Made by a program: the position numbers and the translations under genes
Shown here: in pieces, positions 11,842 through 32,400 of the stretch
Position numbering within the stretch: the first letter of the stretch is position 1
Layout: every line of letters begins with the position of its first letter
Assembly: GCA_964016885.1 (NCBI GenBank)
Contig: OZ024746.1
Location: 101,928,001-101,992,000, forward strand
Direction: 5' to 3'
DNA: 64,000 nt
DNA from: Eledone cirrhosa
Lineage: Eukaryota
Notes under the pieces: model-generated
Databases searched by the model: none
The model's input: only the letters and a program-made list of their open reading frames with translations
Told to the model about the DNA's origin: nothing

Positions 11842-13008
11842 ATGGCTAACCAGCAAAAATCCAAACAGAACTGGTCTGATAATGAAATCGACATTCTAAT
11901 AAACACATGGCATTGCCTTTCCCAAACAGAAAATATAGATGCTTCATCTCTGAACGACATTGCTAAACGTACAGTTCAATTTTTGAAAACTCGATCTGAA
12001 CAACAGATTCAAAATAAATTAAAGCAAATCGAAATTGCTTTTAAATTAATCAATAAACATTTGGATAAACTACGGTGTGTTTTCTCTTCGAATGCTGTCC
12101 AGCAGCAGCAACAACAACAACAGCAGCTACAACAGCAACAACAACAACAGCTACAACAACAACATCAACAACAGCTACAACAACAACAACAACATCAACA
12201 TCAGCAACAACAACAGTGTGAACCACTCCTTGATTCATCAACAATGGCCGATCTACTAAATGAAACTATTGACCCCCCAGTAGCCTCTGTCTCACAGCAT
12301 GAAACGCCACATCCTTTCTCTGGCCCAGCAGTCCAATCATCACCACTGCCAACATCTCTGCCTACTACTACTACTACTACTACAACATTTTTGTCCACTG
12401 CTATGTCAAGGAATTTACCTTCTAATACCAGAACAAGAACTCTCCCTCCCACAGTCCACAAAGGTCGTCAAATCCTACCCAAACCATCATCTACACCTCT
12501 CACAACACCCACACCCATATACCCACCCACTCGAAACCCCATCATTTGCCGCTACTCTCTACGCTATAGAATATGTACGGATAGTGGCTGCAAATTCACC
12601 CATTTACCTAGGACAAAACGATCTATCCCCACAAACAGCCACCACCATAATACATACTCTAATTTAACACCAACACAACCACCAATAACTCAAACAAGGA
12701 ATCCACAAATCTGCCGTTTTTCCCTGCGAGACAGATTGTGTTTAGACCGGGATTGTCCCTTTACCCATCTCCCGGGGACCCGTCGGATAAATGAAAATAA
12801 AATTAAAAATAAAAGCAAAAACAAAAACCATAACCTACATAAAAATAACCACTACCACAGTCACCAACAGTCTTCTAAACAGGAAACTTCTTCCTCTTTT
12901 TTAGCCATAATGAATCTGGCAAAAGAACTGGAAAAAAACATTCGAGCTATCACCCAGCACCACCCTCCACTATCACCCCACTGCACAAACTCCCATTGCT
13001 GCCATTAA
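11842..13008 (+). CDS. LINE B ORF1: Myb/SANT(trihelix)-like N-terminus, polyQ, Pro/Thr-rich linker, two CCCH fingers
   Basis: 388-aa ATG ORF; WSDNEIDILINTW...RSEQQIQNKLKQI; CRYSLRYRICTDSGCKFTH and CRFSLRDRLCLDRDCPFTH. Confidence 0.85.
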   Translation: MANQQKSKQNWSDNEIDILINTWHCLSQTENIDASSLNDIAKRTVQFLKTRSEQQIQNKLKQIEIAFKLINKHLDKLRCVFSSNAVQQQQQQQQQLQQQQQQQLQQQHQQQLQQQQQHQHQQQQQCEPLLDSSTMADLLNETIDPPVASVSQHETPHPFSGPAVQSSPLPTSLPTTTTTTTTFLSTAMSRNLPSNTRTRTLPPTVHKGRQILPKPSSTPLTTPTPIYPPTRNPIICRYSLRYRICTDSGCKFTHLPRTKRSIPTNSHHHNTYSNLTPTQPPITQTRNPQICRFSLRDRLCLDRDCPFTHLPGTRRINENKIKNKSKNKNHNLHKNNHYHSHQQSSKQETSSSFLAIMNLAKELEKNIRAITQHHPPLSPHCTNSHCCH

Positions 13009-16000
13009 CAAACAAACAAATTAACAACACACCAAAACAATTAAAACCATCCACTCTCGCCTCTACATTTTTGCTTAACGCCCAAGGCATCAGCCCTTCC
13101 ACCAATACTCAAAAATGGAAGATCAAATTCCTGGAGGACTGGATTGATGTCCATCCAAACCACATCCCTTTCTTCGTCCTCACTGAAACCCATCTCGGTA
13201 ACCTCCACTTGGAAGCCGAGGTGAAAGTGAAAAATTTCAAAGCCATCCGTGCTGATCGCGCTGGCAGAAGAAAGGGCGGAACTGCCATTTATGTCCATAA
13301 TTCTTTCTCAACAGAGGCTATGAACATATTCACTAATGGATACTGTGAGGCAGTCACTGTATTCAGTCAAACCAACAACCTATTAGTAGTTGGGCTCTAT
13401 AGGCCACCCCAAACGCCTGTACCATGCTTCAAGGAATGCCTCAACAGCATAAAGTGTTTCATCCAAGAGTGTCACCCTGACAACATCTTAATGATGGGGG
13501 ACTTCAACCTGCCCGGAGTTGACTGGTCCACAAACACCCTGCCACCAGGTTCTTCTGCCTCAACCTCTGACAGGGAAGCTGTGGAATCGCTTCTTGACTT
13601 CATGGATGATTTCTTCCTATCCCAACTAGTGCTCGAACCAACGAGGTGCCACAAAAACGTCCTAGACTTAATTTTCAGCAATCACACTGACAATATCCAC
13701 AATATTGCAGTGGAGAAAACTCTACTCTCTGATCATGACATGGTTCTCTGTGATCTGAGATTCCACCGTCCAATATACAAACCCAATGTCATTTCTCCTG
13801 TCCATCCGTTTGACGCTATGGATTTCCACAATGCAAACTGGGAAGCGATCAGTCATGATCTTGCACATGTCGACTGGTCCTTCACGCACACTCATACACC
13901 CACTAACATCAAAAAGTCCTGGCAGACATTTGTGGACACTGTTACAAACATATGTGCTAAACACACCCCATTAAGAACTATAAACAAATCTAAGAGCAGA
14001 ATCCCTAGAAATAGAAAAACGCTCATCAGAAAAATTAAGAGAACGAACAAAAAAATCAACAATCTGAAATACTGTCAGCAGCAACACATCAACTTGACTG
14101 CCATTTCATCACTAGAGATTAAAAAACATAACCTCCAAAACAACATAATGTCCCTCATCAACAATCAGAGAAGAGCTGAAGAGGCCTGGGCCATTGAGAA
14201 GATCAAACTCAATCCCAAAGTGTTCTTTTCATTTGCAAAAAAACACAAAATCACTGGCTCTACTGTTGGCCCTCTAATTGATGAAAATGCTCTAATTGAT
14301 GAAAATGGCACTCTTCAAGACAATGCTAAAACCATGGGTGAGATACTGCAGAAACAATACTGCTCTGTTTTCAGCAATCCTGATATGGCCGATCTGGGCT
14401 GTATCGGCGATGTTACTCCCCATTACACCTTATCGGACATAACGTTTGGCGCCCCTGATGTCTTGGCGGCAATAAAGGAAATCAAGCATAATTCAGCAGT
14501 AGGTCCCGATAGGTTCCCTGCTTGTGTCTTGAAGGCGTGTCAACACCAACTTGCTTCTCCTCTTGCCAATCTGTGGCGGAACTCACTGGATGCTGGATAT
14601 GTGCCAGAAAACCTTCTATCCCAGTCTGTTGTCCCAGTTTTCAAAAAGGGAAACAAATCCCTTGCCGTGAATTACCGTCCAATCTCACTCACCTCTCATA
14701 TCATTAAGGTATTTGAGCGAGTGGTGAGATCGCGAATGACCCACTTCCTTGAGAGTAACAATATGCTGAACTCCAACCAGCATGGATTCCGTAATGGAAG
14801 GGATTGCCTGACGCAACTACTGCATCACTTTGATGACATTTTGAGAGCCTTGGGAGAGGGTTCCAACACTGATGTTATCTACCTTGATTTCAGCAAGGCC
14901 TTTGACAGGGTTGATCATAACCTTCTACTGAGAAAGCTGTCCAATATTGGTGTCACTGGAAAGCTGCTGCAGTGGATCAAGAGCTTCCTGTCAAACAGAA
15001 CCCAACATGTTGTAGTTGAGGGAGTCAAATCAAGCCCAGCCAAAGTCAGTAGTGGAGTCCCACAAGGCACTGTGTTGGGCCCACTTCTCTTCATCATCTA
15101 TATTAATGACATCACTGACATCATCAAACACAGCAACATTAAAATTTTCGCTGATGATTCCAAGCTCCAAAAGGTCATCAATGGCGTGGATGACCGGATA
15201 AGCCTTCAGTCAGACCTACTGGCTGTTACCCAATGGGCAGAAAAGAACAACATGTTACTGAACGAAGACAAATTCGAACTGATCCACTTTGGAAAAGAGG
15301 ATGCTCTGAAACTCCCGTACTCCCTTCCCTCCGGGGAAACTCTCGTGGCATCTAACAACATCAGAGACTTGGGAGTAACCGTGGACAGCAACATAAGCTG
15401 GACCACGCATATAAGCAGCAAAGTTGACATGGCCCGCAGAATGTGTTCCTGGATCCTCAGAACCTTCCAGTCGAGAGATTCCCGCACCATTATCCTTCTC
15501 TTCTCTACTTTCGCCCGACCACACCTTGAATACTGTTGTCCACTGTGGTCTCCCCACACGAAACAAAGTATCATGAAACTTGAAGCTCCTCAAAGGGCAA
15601 TCACAAAAAAGATAGATGGCATGTCAGACCTTGACTACTGGGGTCGATTGGAAAACCTGAAACTTTACTCACTCCAACGTCGCCGTGAGCGTTATATTAT
15701 CTGCATGATGTGGAAAATGTTCCATCATCACTGCCCAAATGATGTTGGCATCGCCTTCAAGATACACCCAAGGCTTGGGCCCCGTGCTATCCGTCCCATT
15801 CAAAAATCTAAATCGCAACTCATAACAACAATACGGCACAATTATTTCACCTCAATCGGCCCTGCTCTCTTCAACATCACACCAGGACACGTCAAAACAG
15901 AAACTGACCACACAAAATTCAAGAAATCTTTGGACAAATTCCTCCAAGTAATCCCGGACAAACCACCCACACCCGGATATGTCTCCGCAAACAGTAATTC

Positions 16001-16034
16001 TCTTCTCGAATGGGCCATGGTGCCCAAATCCTGA
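12996..16034 (+). CDS. LINE B ORF2 (APE endonuclease + RT), no AUG before the EN domain
   Basis: LLNAQG, LTETHL, YRPP, GDFN, LDLIF, SDH; [32 protein letters not shown]. The frame is open from 12879 and the track start is TTG. An in-frame 18-bp duplication at 14272-14307 gives [12 protein letters not shown]. Confidence 0.93.
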   Translation: MLPLTNKQINNTPKQLKPSTLASTFLLNAQGISPSTNTQKWKIKFLEDWIDVHPNHIPFFVLTETHLGNLHLEAEVKVKNFKAIRADRAGRRKGGTAIYVHNSFSTEAMNIFTNGYCEAVTVFSQTNNLLVVGLYRPPQTPVPCFKECLNSIKCFIQECHPDNILMMGDFNLPGVDWSTNTLPPGSSASTSDREAVESLLDFMDDFFLSQLVLEPTRCHKNVLDLIFSNHTDNIHNIAVEKTLLSDHDMVLCDLRFHRPIYKPNVISPVHPFDAMDFHNANWEAISHDLAHVDWSFTHTHTPTNIKKSWQTFVDTVTNICAKHTPLRTINKSKSRIPRNRKTLIRKIKRTNKKINNLKYCQQQHINLTAISSLEIKKHNLQNNIMSLINNQRRAEEAWAIEKIKLNPKVFFSFAKKHKITGSTVGPLIDENALIDENGTLQDNAKTMGEILQKQYCSVFSNPDMADLGCIGDVTPHYTLSDITFGAPDVLAAIKEIKHNSAVGPDRFPACVLKACQHQLASPLANLWRNSLDAGYVPENLLSQSVVPVFKKGNKSLAVNYRPISLTSHIIKVFERVVRSRMTHFLESNNMLNSNQHGFRNGRDCLTQLLHHFDDILRALGEGSNTDVIYLDFSKAFDRVDHNLLLRKLSNIGVTGKLLQWIKSFLSNRTQHVVVEGVKSSPAKVSSGVPQGTVLGPLLFIIYINDITDIIKHSNIKIFADDSKLQKVINGVDDRISLQSDLLAVTQWAEKNNMLLNEDKFELIHFGKEDALKLPYSLPSGETLVASNNIRDLGVTVDSNISWTTHISSKVDMARRMCSWILRTFQSRDSRTIILLFSTFARPHLEYCCPLWSPHTKQSIMKLEAPQRAITKKIDGMSDLDYWGRLENLKLYSLQRRRERYIICMMWKMFHHHCPNDVGIAFKIHPRLGPRAIRPIQKSKSQLITTIRHNYFTSIGPALFNITPGHVKTETDHTKFKKSLDKFLQVIPDKPPTPGYVSANSNSLLEWAMVPKS

Positions 16035-16121
16035 ATTGAAAGACTTCGCCAGGTGGTGCTATTAAGTTAGACATGGCCTGGGCCAATACTGGCCAAAACA
16101 TTTCAAAGTTATTCAAAGTTA

Positions 16122-16535
16122 TACACATATGTATATACATATATATATACATATACATATATATATACATATACATATATATACATATATATATATACAT
16201 ACATATATACATATATATACATATATATATATATACATATATATACATATATATACATATATATATATATACATATATATACATATATATACATATATAT
16301 ATATATACATATATATACATATATATACATATATATATATATACATATATATACATCTATATATATATACATATATATACATATATATATATATACATAT
16401 ATATACATCTATATATATATACATATATATACATCTATATATATATACATATATATACATATATATATATATATACATATATATACATATATATATATAT
16501 ATACATATATATACATATATACATATATATACATC

Positions 16536-16567
<32 letters not shown>

Positions 16568-17072
16568 CATATATATACATCTATATATATATACATATAT
16601 ATATATATACATATATATACATCTATATATATATATACATATACATATATATATATACATATATATACATATATATATATATACATATATATACATATAT
16701 ATACATATATATACATCTATATATATACATATATATACATCTATATATATACATATATATACATCTATATATATATACATATACATATACATATATACAT
16801 ATATATACATATATATACTTATATATACATATACATACATATATATACATATACATATATACATATATATACATATATATACTTATATATACATATATAT
16901 ACATATATATACATATATATACTTATATATACATATATATACATATATATACATATATATACATATACATATATATACATATATATACATATATATACAT
17001 ATACATATATATACATATATATACATATATATACATATACATATATATACATATACATATACATATATATAC

Positions 17073-17121
<49 letters not shown>

Positions 17122-17334
17122 CATATATATATACATATATATATATATACATATATATATATGCATATACAGACACATATATACATACATATGCATATAC
17201 AGACATATATATATACATATATACATATATATATATACATATGTAGATATATATATATACATATGTACATATATATATCTACATATATACATATATATAA
17301 TTACATATATACATATGTTGATACGTAATACATA
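16122..17334. repeat. (TA)n/TACA tract
   Basis: Directly visible. Confidence 0.95.
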
Positions 17335-17510
17335 CATCTATCTTTTTCGTGATTGCCCTTTGAGAAGCTTCAAGTTTCATGATACTTTGTTTCGTGTGGG
17401 GAGACCACAGTGGACAACAGTATTCAAGGTGTGGTCGGGCAAAAGTGGAGAAGAGAAGGATAATGGTATGGGAATCTCTCGACTGGAAGGTTCTGAGGAT
17501 CCAGGACCAC
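17335..17510 (-). mobile_element. Internal fragment of LINE family B (ORF2 C-terminal region), cut by the gap
   Basis: Translates [56 protein letters not shown], matching ~15445-15617 with a few substitutions. Confidence 0.88.
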
Positions 17511-17710
17511 NNNNNNNNNNNNNNNNNNNNNNNNNNNNNNNNNNNNNNNNNNNNNNNNNNNNNNNNNNNNNNNNNNNNNNNNNNNNNNNNNNNNNNNNNN
17601 NNNNNNNNNNNNNNNNNNNNNNNNNNNNNNNNNNNNNNNNNNNNNNNNNNNNNNNNNNNNNNNNNNNNNNNNNNNNNNNNNNNNNNNNNNNNNNNNNNNN
17701 NNNNNNNNNN
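17511..17710. other. Assembly gap (200 N)
   Basis: Run of N. Confidence 1.
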
Positions 17711-19210
<1,500 letters not shown>

Positions 19211-21074
19211 TCTCTTTTACTCTTTTACTCTTTTACCTGTTTCAGCCATCCGGCTGAGGCCATGCTGGCGCACCGCCCTTGTTGCTACACATTTTATCTC
19301 CAGCCTGTATAGGTTGGCCACTGGTGTAGGAGGGAGTTTGTTGCTGCTGCCCTTAGGTTTCCCTCGTGTCTTGCTGTGGGCTCATCCGGGATCCTGGATA
19401 ACAACGTGTCGAGATGTTTCTTAAAGACATCCACCTCCACGTCATGCAAGTCTCGCAGATGCCTCGGCAGCCTGTTGAAGAGTTGAGGGCCCTTGAATCC
19501 CAGGCTATTGCAATACCTGCTCCTTATTCTAGATGTGGAAGACGGGACCTTTGGCACCACACAGTGACGTCCTGTTCGACGGTTGGTCCAGCTCCCAATG
19601 CCAAAGTTTGGTGCTAGTCCCTCCAGGATTTTCCACATGTAGATCACTGCGTATCTCTCCCGTCTTCGCTCCAAGGAGTAGAGGTTCAGTTCCTTCAGCC
19701 TCTCCCAGTAGCTTGTCTCCCTCATCTTGGCAATCCTCTTGGTGTAGCTTCGCTGGATTGCCTCAAGCTCTGTGGTTAGTTTGACACTATGGGGTGACCA
19801 CAGCTGGGAGCAGTAGTCCAGGCGGCTTAGGACAAAAGTCCTCCACAGTGTCAACATGGTGTCTCGATCTCTTGTAAGGAAAGTCCTCAAGATCCAGCCA
19901 GCGAATCGTCTACATGCTGTCGCCACCTTCATGATGTGTGAAGAAAAAGATGCATCATCGCTCATGTCTATGCCCAGGTCTCGTATCGATTTTGACACGG
20001 GGATATCGGTCCCTCCTGCTCCTGTGTAGCTGTGTTCCGCTATATTTGTGTTTGTGTTTGCAGGTTTGTATTGTAGGGCTTGGAATTTGCCAGCATTAAA
20101 CTGCATGTTGTTTTCTTCCGCCCATCTGTATATGGCATCCAGATCCTGCTGTAAGAGGGCAGCGTCAGCCGGGTTTTTGATTGCCTGTGCTACCTTAGTG
20201 TCATCAGCATAGCTAGTGAGGGATGTTGTTGCATGCACCACAGAGGGCATGTCCGAGAGAGCCACCAAAAACAGTAGTGGTCCCAGGACTGTCCCCTGAG
20301 GCACCCCACTTGTTATCGGTGTTTCCCTCGAGAGGGCCCCATTTGCTGCGACTGCCTGGCTTCTGTCCCTCAGGAAGCCATGCAGCCACTCACCTACTTT
20401 TCCAGTTATGCCGAGTCCGTGTAGTTTGTGACATATCATTCCGTGGTCGACCTTGTCAAAGGCCTTCGCAAAGTCAAGATATATCACGTCTACATGTGAG
20501 CTGTCTAGTAGCTGTCTCAGTACCCAGTCGTAGTGATGTAGCAGCTGTGTAAGGCAGCTTCTTCCTGGGCGGAAGCCATGCTGCGTGCTAGTCAGGCGGT
20601 CATTTTCTTCGAGGAAAGTGATTAGTTTCTTTCTGACGACTCGCTCCATGACCTTACTGATATGCGACGTCAGGGAGACTGGCCTATAGTTCTTGGCCTC
20701 CGCTCTACTACCTCCTTTATGGATAGGGCATATTGTGCCTTCTTTCAGCTCCCTGGGTAGTACACCGCTAGCCAAGGAGCTTCTGAAGAGCATCTTCAGT
20801 GGAGTTGCTAAGGCCCGCTTACATATTTTTAGGAGAACTGCTGGGAATCCATCAGGTCCAGCAGCCGAGTCTGTTCTAATTTCATCAATGGCGTACACCA
20901 CATCCTCCTCCGTTATGTCTATGTGGTTGATGGTTGCCATTTCTTGATGTAGTGTTGTGGCATCAAAGAACTCCTCTGGCTTCGTTATTTGCATGTGCCT
21001 CAGTGGACATGTGAAGACACTTTTGTACTGTTCGTTCAGTATTTCACATATCTCTTGGGGATTTTCGGTTAATG
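19211..21074 (-). mobile_element. CR1-group LINE family A, copy 2 (5'-truncated; RT part intact)
   Basis: Reverse complement of 4904-6758 with about 6 substitutions seen by eye. ORF open to the stop at 19294; tail has three GTAAAAGA units. Confidence 0.95.
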
Positions 21075-26721
<5,647 letters not shown>

Positions 26722-27148
26722 GAGATAGAGGTTGTAGGTGATAATTAAATTAAACGATGTGGCGAGGGTGAAAAGAATGGCAAAGCCATCATGAAGGCGA
26801 GAGGTAGAGGAAAAGACTGAGTCATTCATTTTTTTCCAAGCAAATAATAGAGGAATCCATTTTTATAGCAACTTCCAGATGTATGTTAGACCAATGTACA
26901 TATATACAAGATGTACAGAAATAAACCTTATTTCTTTCAGTAATAGTAACCAGTTTCTTATTAAAAAGCATAAAATCATTAGTTTTGTTGTTTAAAACTG
27001 ACGAATGAGTAATATCAATAATACATTTGGGAATATATGTCAGAAAGAAGATTTAAGCCAATATTTTAACATATTTCTTCGTCTTTATAGAATGTTCTAG
27101 AAAAATAAAATGAGAAGGAAAAAAACATCGTATATACACATATTGCTA

Positions 27149-27200
<52 letters not shown>

Positions 27201-27957
27201 TGTGTGTGTGTGTGTGTGTTACCCGACATTACAGCAAATACACCTTAACATAGTTTAATTGGTTTCTATAAGAAGCAGTATTTGTGGAATCCCCTAAATG
27301 ACAAACAAAACAGTAAGGAATGAAGAGAAACCCTAAAAATTGTCCTCACAGCAACATATATCTTCCACTTTTCTTAACATATTCTTCACAGCAGTAAGAA
27401 ATAGCTTTTCTCTCTCTCATACGACACTTTATCATCAACAATATATATTATATATGTTACAGATGATGAAAATTAAGCTATTTATCTAATGCTTTATTTC
27501 AAAATGTCTGTTTTGTTCTAGAAACTATAATAATAATGAAATAATGATTTATTTCATTGCCAGAAAGACGACGGATTAATAGTAATAATACATGTTTTGC
27601 ATGATCTAATAATAATAATAATAATATAAAGTGTATTGTGACAAAGGTATAAAATATTGATTTGTGTAGTCATTGGTATAGGTCAAATACCCTAGTCCCT
27701 GTTAGAGGTATAATGTCTCCTATTAACGAGTTATTAGTGATGTCATTAAGTGGAGAAAGGACACAAACGACCAACTGCTAACGTAATAATTATACACATA
27801 ATAGACATTAACAGATAGTAACATACAAATAGCAATGAACTGAATATTATGAATATTGTTGTTGTTAATATCATCATCATCACTATTGTTGTTATTATAA
27901 CATATAATGCTTAAGGTTGTTAACCGTTTTGTCAATTTGTTAATCAGTGACTCTTAC

Positions 27958-28434
27958 CTCGTCAGTATTATCTTGAAATTGGCGTCCAGGAGTTGCATGT
28001 TCATCTTCACTGTTGTAGCCACCGTTCATGGAATCATATTCAGAAGGTGGGGAGCCACTACCGGCCACTCCGACCCCAACAGAGCCTGCTCCAGGTACTA
28101 CACTCCCGCCAACTACAACGTGAGACGAAGATGATGTCGGAGGGTGGTGACCCCCGCGAGGATCATGTCTATGTTTACGTACATTCCTGTGTGGTGACGA
28201 CCTATGCCGTCTTTTGTTGTGGTTTGGATTATTATCGTGTCCATCGTATGAGCTGCCGCCTGAATCTCGTTTATCTTCGAAAGAAGTGGAAGCAGGAAGC
28301 CATCGGGTGGGAGAATTTCTAGAACGTCCCACTTTTTCGTGTCTAGATTCGTTTGAGGACGGGTGGTGGCTGTGGTCCGTATTCTCCGGATCATTCTTGT
28401 CCTTTGTTGTCTTCTTCTTTGGAAGAATAGTCAT
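27958..28434 (-). CDS. OTUD5: OTU domain-containing protein 5 (DUBA) orthologue, first coding exon (159 codons)
   Basis: Begins MTILPKKK, as human OTUD5 does; contains HNKRRHR and GYNSEDE (the OTUD5 activating phosphoserine motif). Ends at a phase-0 donor GAG/GTAAGA (intron starts at 27957). I found no OTU-domain exon in the window. Confidence 0.9.
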
Positions 28435-28479
28435 GTTTTAGAATTAAATAGACACTTTACGTCCTTCTACAAATTTAAT

Positions 28480-28640
28480 TGGCACTTGATATATGTTGTG
28501 AGCTGACAGTGATCGCCCGTTCGATTCGCACTAGGCACTCTTATGGCAAACTGCCAGCGAAACGAAGTAAACATGGCGCCTGGACATTTGACGTCAGACA
28601 ACGTAAACAGGAGAATTGACAAGGGAGATAATTAAGACAC
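28480..28640. promoter_or_regulatory. Probable OTUD5 promoter / 5' region
   Basis: Locally CpG-rich; YY1-like AACATGGCG at 28570-28578, perfect CRE palindrome TGACGTCA at 28589-28596, AAGGGAGATAA at 28621-28631; 140-200 bp upstream of the ATG. Confidence 0.6.
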
Positions 28641-29428
28641 TGCGACCTCACTGGCTTTTTGTTTATAACATTAGTGCAGTTGTCACTTACTTGCGTTATA
28701 TACTCACACACATATATCTATATAATATATTTGGATATATATATACACATACAATTAACTTATATATATATATATATATATTGATGTAATATGTTATGTA
28801 CTTTTATTGAAAAATCTAGCTTTTGTCCGATATAATTCTCAAAATTGATGCTATTTAACAATGTATGAACGGTGTGTGTATAAATATATATGTGAGTATA
28901 TAAATATATGTGTGTGTATAAATATATGTGTGTATATTACAAAATTCTTTGTCACAGTGATATTAATAAATGCGCGGGCGCGCGAGTACCTAAAATTTAT
29001 TTTCTTTCTGCTCTGAATAATGTCTTTAACACAGGTTTTAAACAAAATATTCGTCTATAATATTCTAAACATTAGTAAAACATATACTGGAACAGTAGTC
29101 GCCGATGTTTTGTTGTTAAATAGGATGTGGATGTTATAGACGAAATGCCACTCTAGTAGTAGGCTGTAGTAAATAGTAAAAAGTAGCTTTTAATGTGTCA
29201 AACTCTCTCTCATCACAACAATAAACACACCTTTATGTTTACATTACATTTTCGTGGCCTCTCACTTCCCTACCGTGGTAGCACTGGCGTTATAATAACT
29301 GTACAGTCGGATCTCTTATTGTTCTTCGTCTTTTTCATCTGTTGTTGTTGGAAGGAGGGGGGTTAACTTGATAAATAATCGCATAAAGCAAATAAAACAA
29401 TATTACTGTTACTTTGGAATCGTACCTT

Positions 29429-32400
29429 TAACTATACCTGTCTCTAACTGTACCTGTCTTTAACTATACTTGTCTCTAACTGTACCTGTCTCTAACTGTA
29501 CCTGTCTTTAACTATACTTGTCTCTAACTGTACCTGTCTCTAACTGTACCTGTCTTTAACTATACTTGTATCTAACTGTACCTGTCTCTAACTATTTCTG
29601 TCTCTAACTATACCTGTCTCTAACTGTACCTGTCTTTAACTATACTTGTCTCTAACTATACCTGTCTGTAACTGTACCTGTCTCTAACTATACCTGTCTC
29701 TAACTATACTTGTCTCTAATGTACCTGTCTCTAACTGTACCTGTCCCTAACTATACCTGTCTCTAACTGTACCTGTCTCTAACTATACTTGTCTCTAACT
29801 GTACCTGTCTCTAACTGTACCTGTCTCTAACTGTACCTGTCTCTAATTTACCTGTCTCTAACTATACCTGTATCTAACTGTACCTGTCTCTAAGTGTACC
29901 TGTCTCTAACTGTACCTGTCTCTAACTGTCCTGTCTCTAACTATACCTGTCTCTAACTGTACCTGTCTCTAACTATACCTGTCTTTAACTGTACCTGTCT
30001 CTAACTATACCTGTCTCTAACTATACCTGTCTCTAACTGTACCTGTCTCTAACTATACCTGTCTCTAATTATACCTCTCTCTAACTATACCTGTCTCTAA
30101 CTATACCTGTCATTAACTGTACCTGTCTCTAACTACACCTGTCTCTAAATGTACCTGTCTCTAACTGTACCTGTCTATAACTGTACCTGTCTATAACTGT
30201 ACTTGTCTCTAACTATACCTGTCTCTAAGTATACCTGTCTCTAACTGTACTTGTAATTAACTGTACTTGTCTCTAACTATACCTTTCTCTAACAGTACCT
30301 GTAATTAACTGTACCTGTCTGTAACTATAACTGTCTCTAATTGTACTTGTCTCTAACTGTACCTGTCTGTAACTATACCTGTCTCTAACTGTACCTGTCT
30401 CTAACTGTACCTGTCTATAACTGTACCTGTCTATAACTGTACCTGTCTCTAACTGTACCTGCCTATAACTGCACCTGTCTATAACTGTTCCTGTCTCTAA
30501 ATATACCTGTCTCTAACTATACCTGTCTCTAACTGTACCTGTCTCTAACTATACCTGTCTCTAACTGTTCCTGTCTCTAACAATACCTGCCTTTAACTGT
30601 ACCCGTCTCTAACTATACCTGTCTCTAACTGTACCTGTCTCTAGCTGTACCTGTCTCTAACTGTACCTGTCTCTAACTATACCTGTCTCTAACTGTACCT
30701 GTCTCTAACTGTACCTGTCTCTAACTATACCTCTCTCTAACTGTACCTGTCTCTAACTATACCTGTATCTAACTGTACCTGTCTCTAACTGTACCCTTCT
30801 CTAACTGTACCTGTCTCTAACTGTACCTGTCTCTAACTATACCTGTCTCTTACTATACCTGTCTATAACTGTACCTGTCTCTAACTGTACCTTTCTCTAA
30901 ATATACCTGTCTCTAACTATACCTGTCTCTAACTGTACCTGTCTCTAACTATACCTGTCTCTAAGTATACCTGTCTCTAACTATACCTGTCATTAACTGT
31001 ACCTGTCTATAACTGTACCTGTCTCTAACTGTACCTTTCTCTAACTGTACCTGTCTCTAACTATACCTGTCTCTAACTGTACCCGTCTCTAACTATACCT
31101 GACTCTAACTATACCTGTCTCTAACTATACTTGTCTATAACTGTACCTGTCTATAACTGTACCTGTCTCTAACTGTACCTGTCTCTAACTGTACCTGTCT
31201 CTAACTATACCTGTCTCTAACTGTACCTGTCTCTAACTATACCTGTCTCTAACTGTACCTGTCTATAACTGTACCTGTCTATAACTGTACCTGTCTATAA
31301 CTGTACCTGTATGTAACTATAACTGTCTCTAACTGTAACTGTCTATAACTGTACCTGTCTATAACTGTACTTGTCTCTAACTATACCTGTCTATAAATGT
31401 ACCTGTCTCTAACTGTACCTGTCTCTAACTATACCTGTCTCTAACTGTACCTGTCTCTAACTATACCTGTCTCTAACTGTACCTGTCTCTAACTGTACCT
31501 GTCTCTAACTGTACCTGTCTCTAACTATACCTGTCTCTAACTATACCTGTCTCTAACTGTACCTGTCTCTTACTATACCTGTCTCTAATTATACCTGTCT
31601 CTAACTGTACCTGTCTCTAACTATACCTGTCTCTAACTATACCTGTCTCTAACTATACCTGTCTCTAACTGTACTTGCCTCTAACTATACCTGTCTCTAA
31701 CTATACCTGTCTCTAACTGTACCTGTAATTAACTGTACCTGTCTCTAACTATACCTTTCTCTAACAGTACCTGTAATTAACTGTACCTGTCTGTAACTAT
31801 AACTGTCTCTAACTGTACTTGTCTCTAACTGTACCTGTCTCTAACTGTACCTGTCTACAACTGTACCTGTCTCTCACTGTACCTGTCTGTAACTATAACT
31901 GTCTCTAACTGTACTTGTCTCTAACTATACCTGTCTCTAACTGTACCTGTCTACAACTGTACCTGTCTCTAACTGTACCTGTCTATAACTGCACCTGTCT
32001 ATAACTGTTCCTGTCTCTAAATATACCTGTCTCTAAGTATACCTGTCTCTAACTGTACCTGTCTCTAACTATACCTGTCTCTAACTGTACCTGTCTCTAA
32101 CTGTACCTGCTTCTAACTGTACCTGTCTCTAACTATACCTGTCTCTAACTGTACCTGTCTCTAACTGTACCTGTCTCTAACTATACCTGTATCTAACTGT
32201 ACCTGTCTCTAACTGTACCTGTCTCTAACTGTACCTGTCTCTAACTATACCTGTCTTTAACTATACCTGTCTCTAACTGTACCTGTCTCTAACTGTACCT
32301 TTCTCTAACTATACCTGTCTCTAACTATACCTGTCTCTAACTGTACCTGTCTCTAACTATACCTGTCTCTAACTATACCTGTCTCTCACTATACCTGTCT

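Larger units (their letters stand above)
11131..16121 (+). mobile_element. CR1-group LINE family B, apparently full-length and intact
   Basis: ~710-bp 5' UTR with internal repeats, ATG-initiated ORF1, overlapping uninterrupted ORF2 (EN + RT), 3' hairpin GGCCA-ATAC-TGGCC (16081-16094), tail (TTCAAAGTTA)2. Flanked by (TA)n. Confidence 0.9.

Noticed and set aside
27940-27957. Last five codons and stop of the 164-aa track ORF
   Set aside because: They follow a consensus GT donor and the OTU domain is missing, so this is intron sequence.
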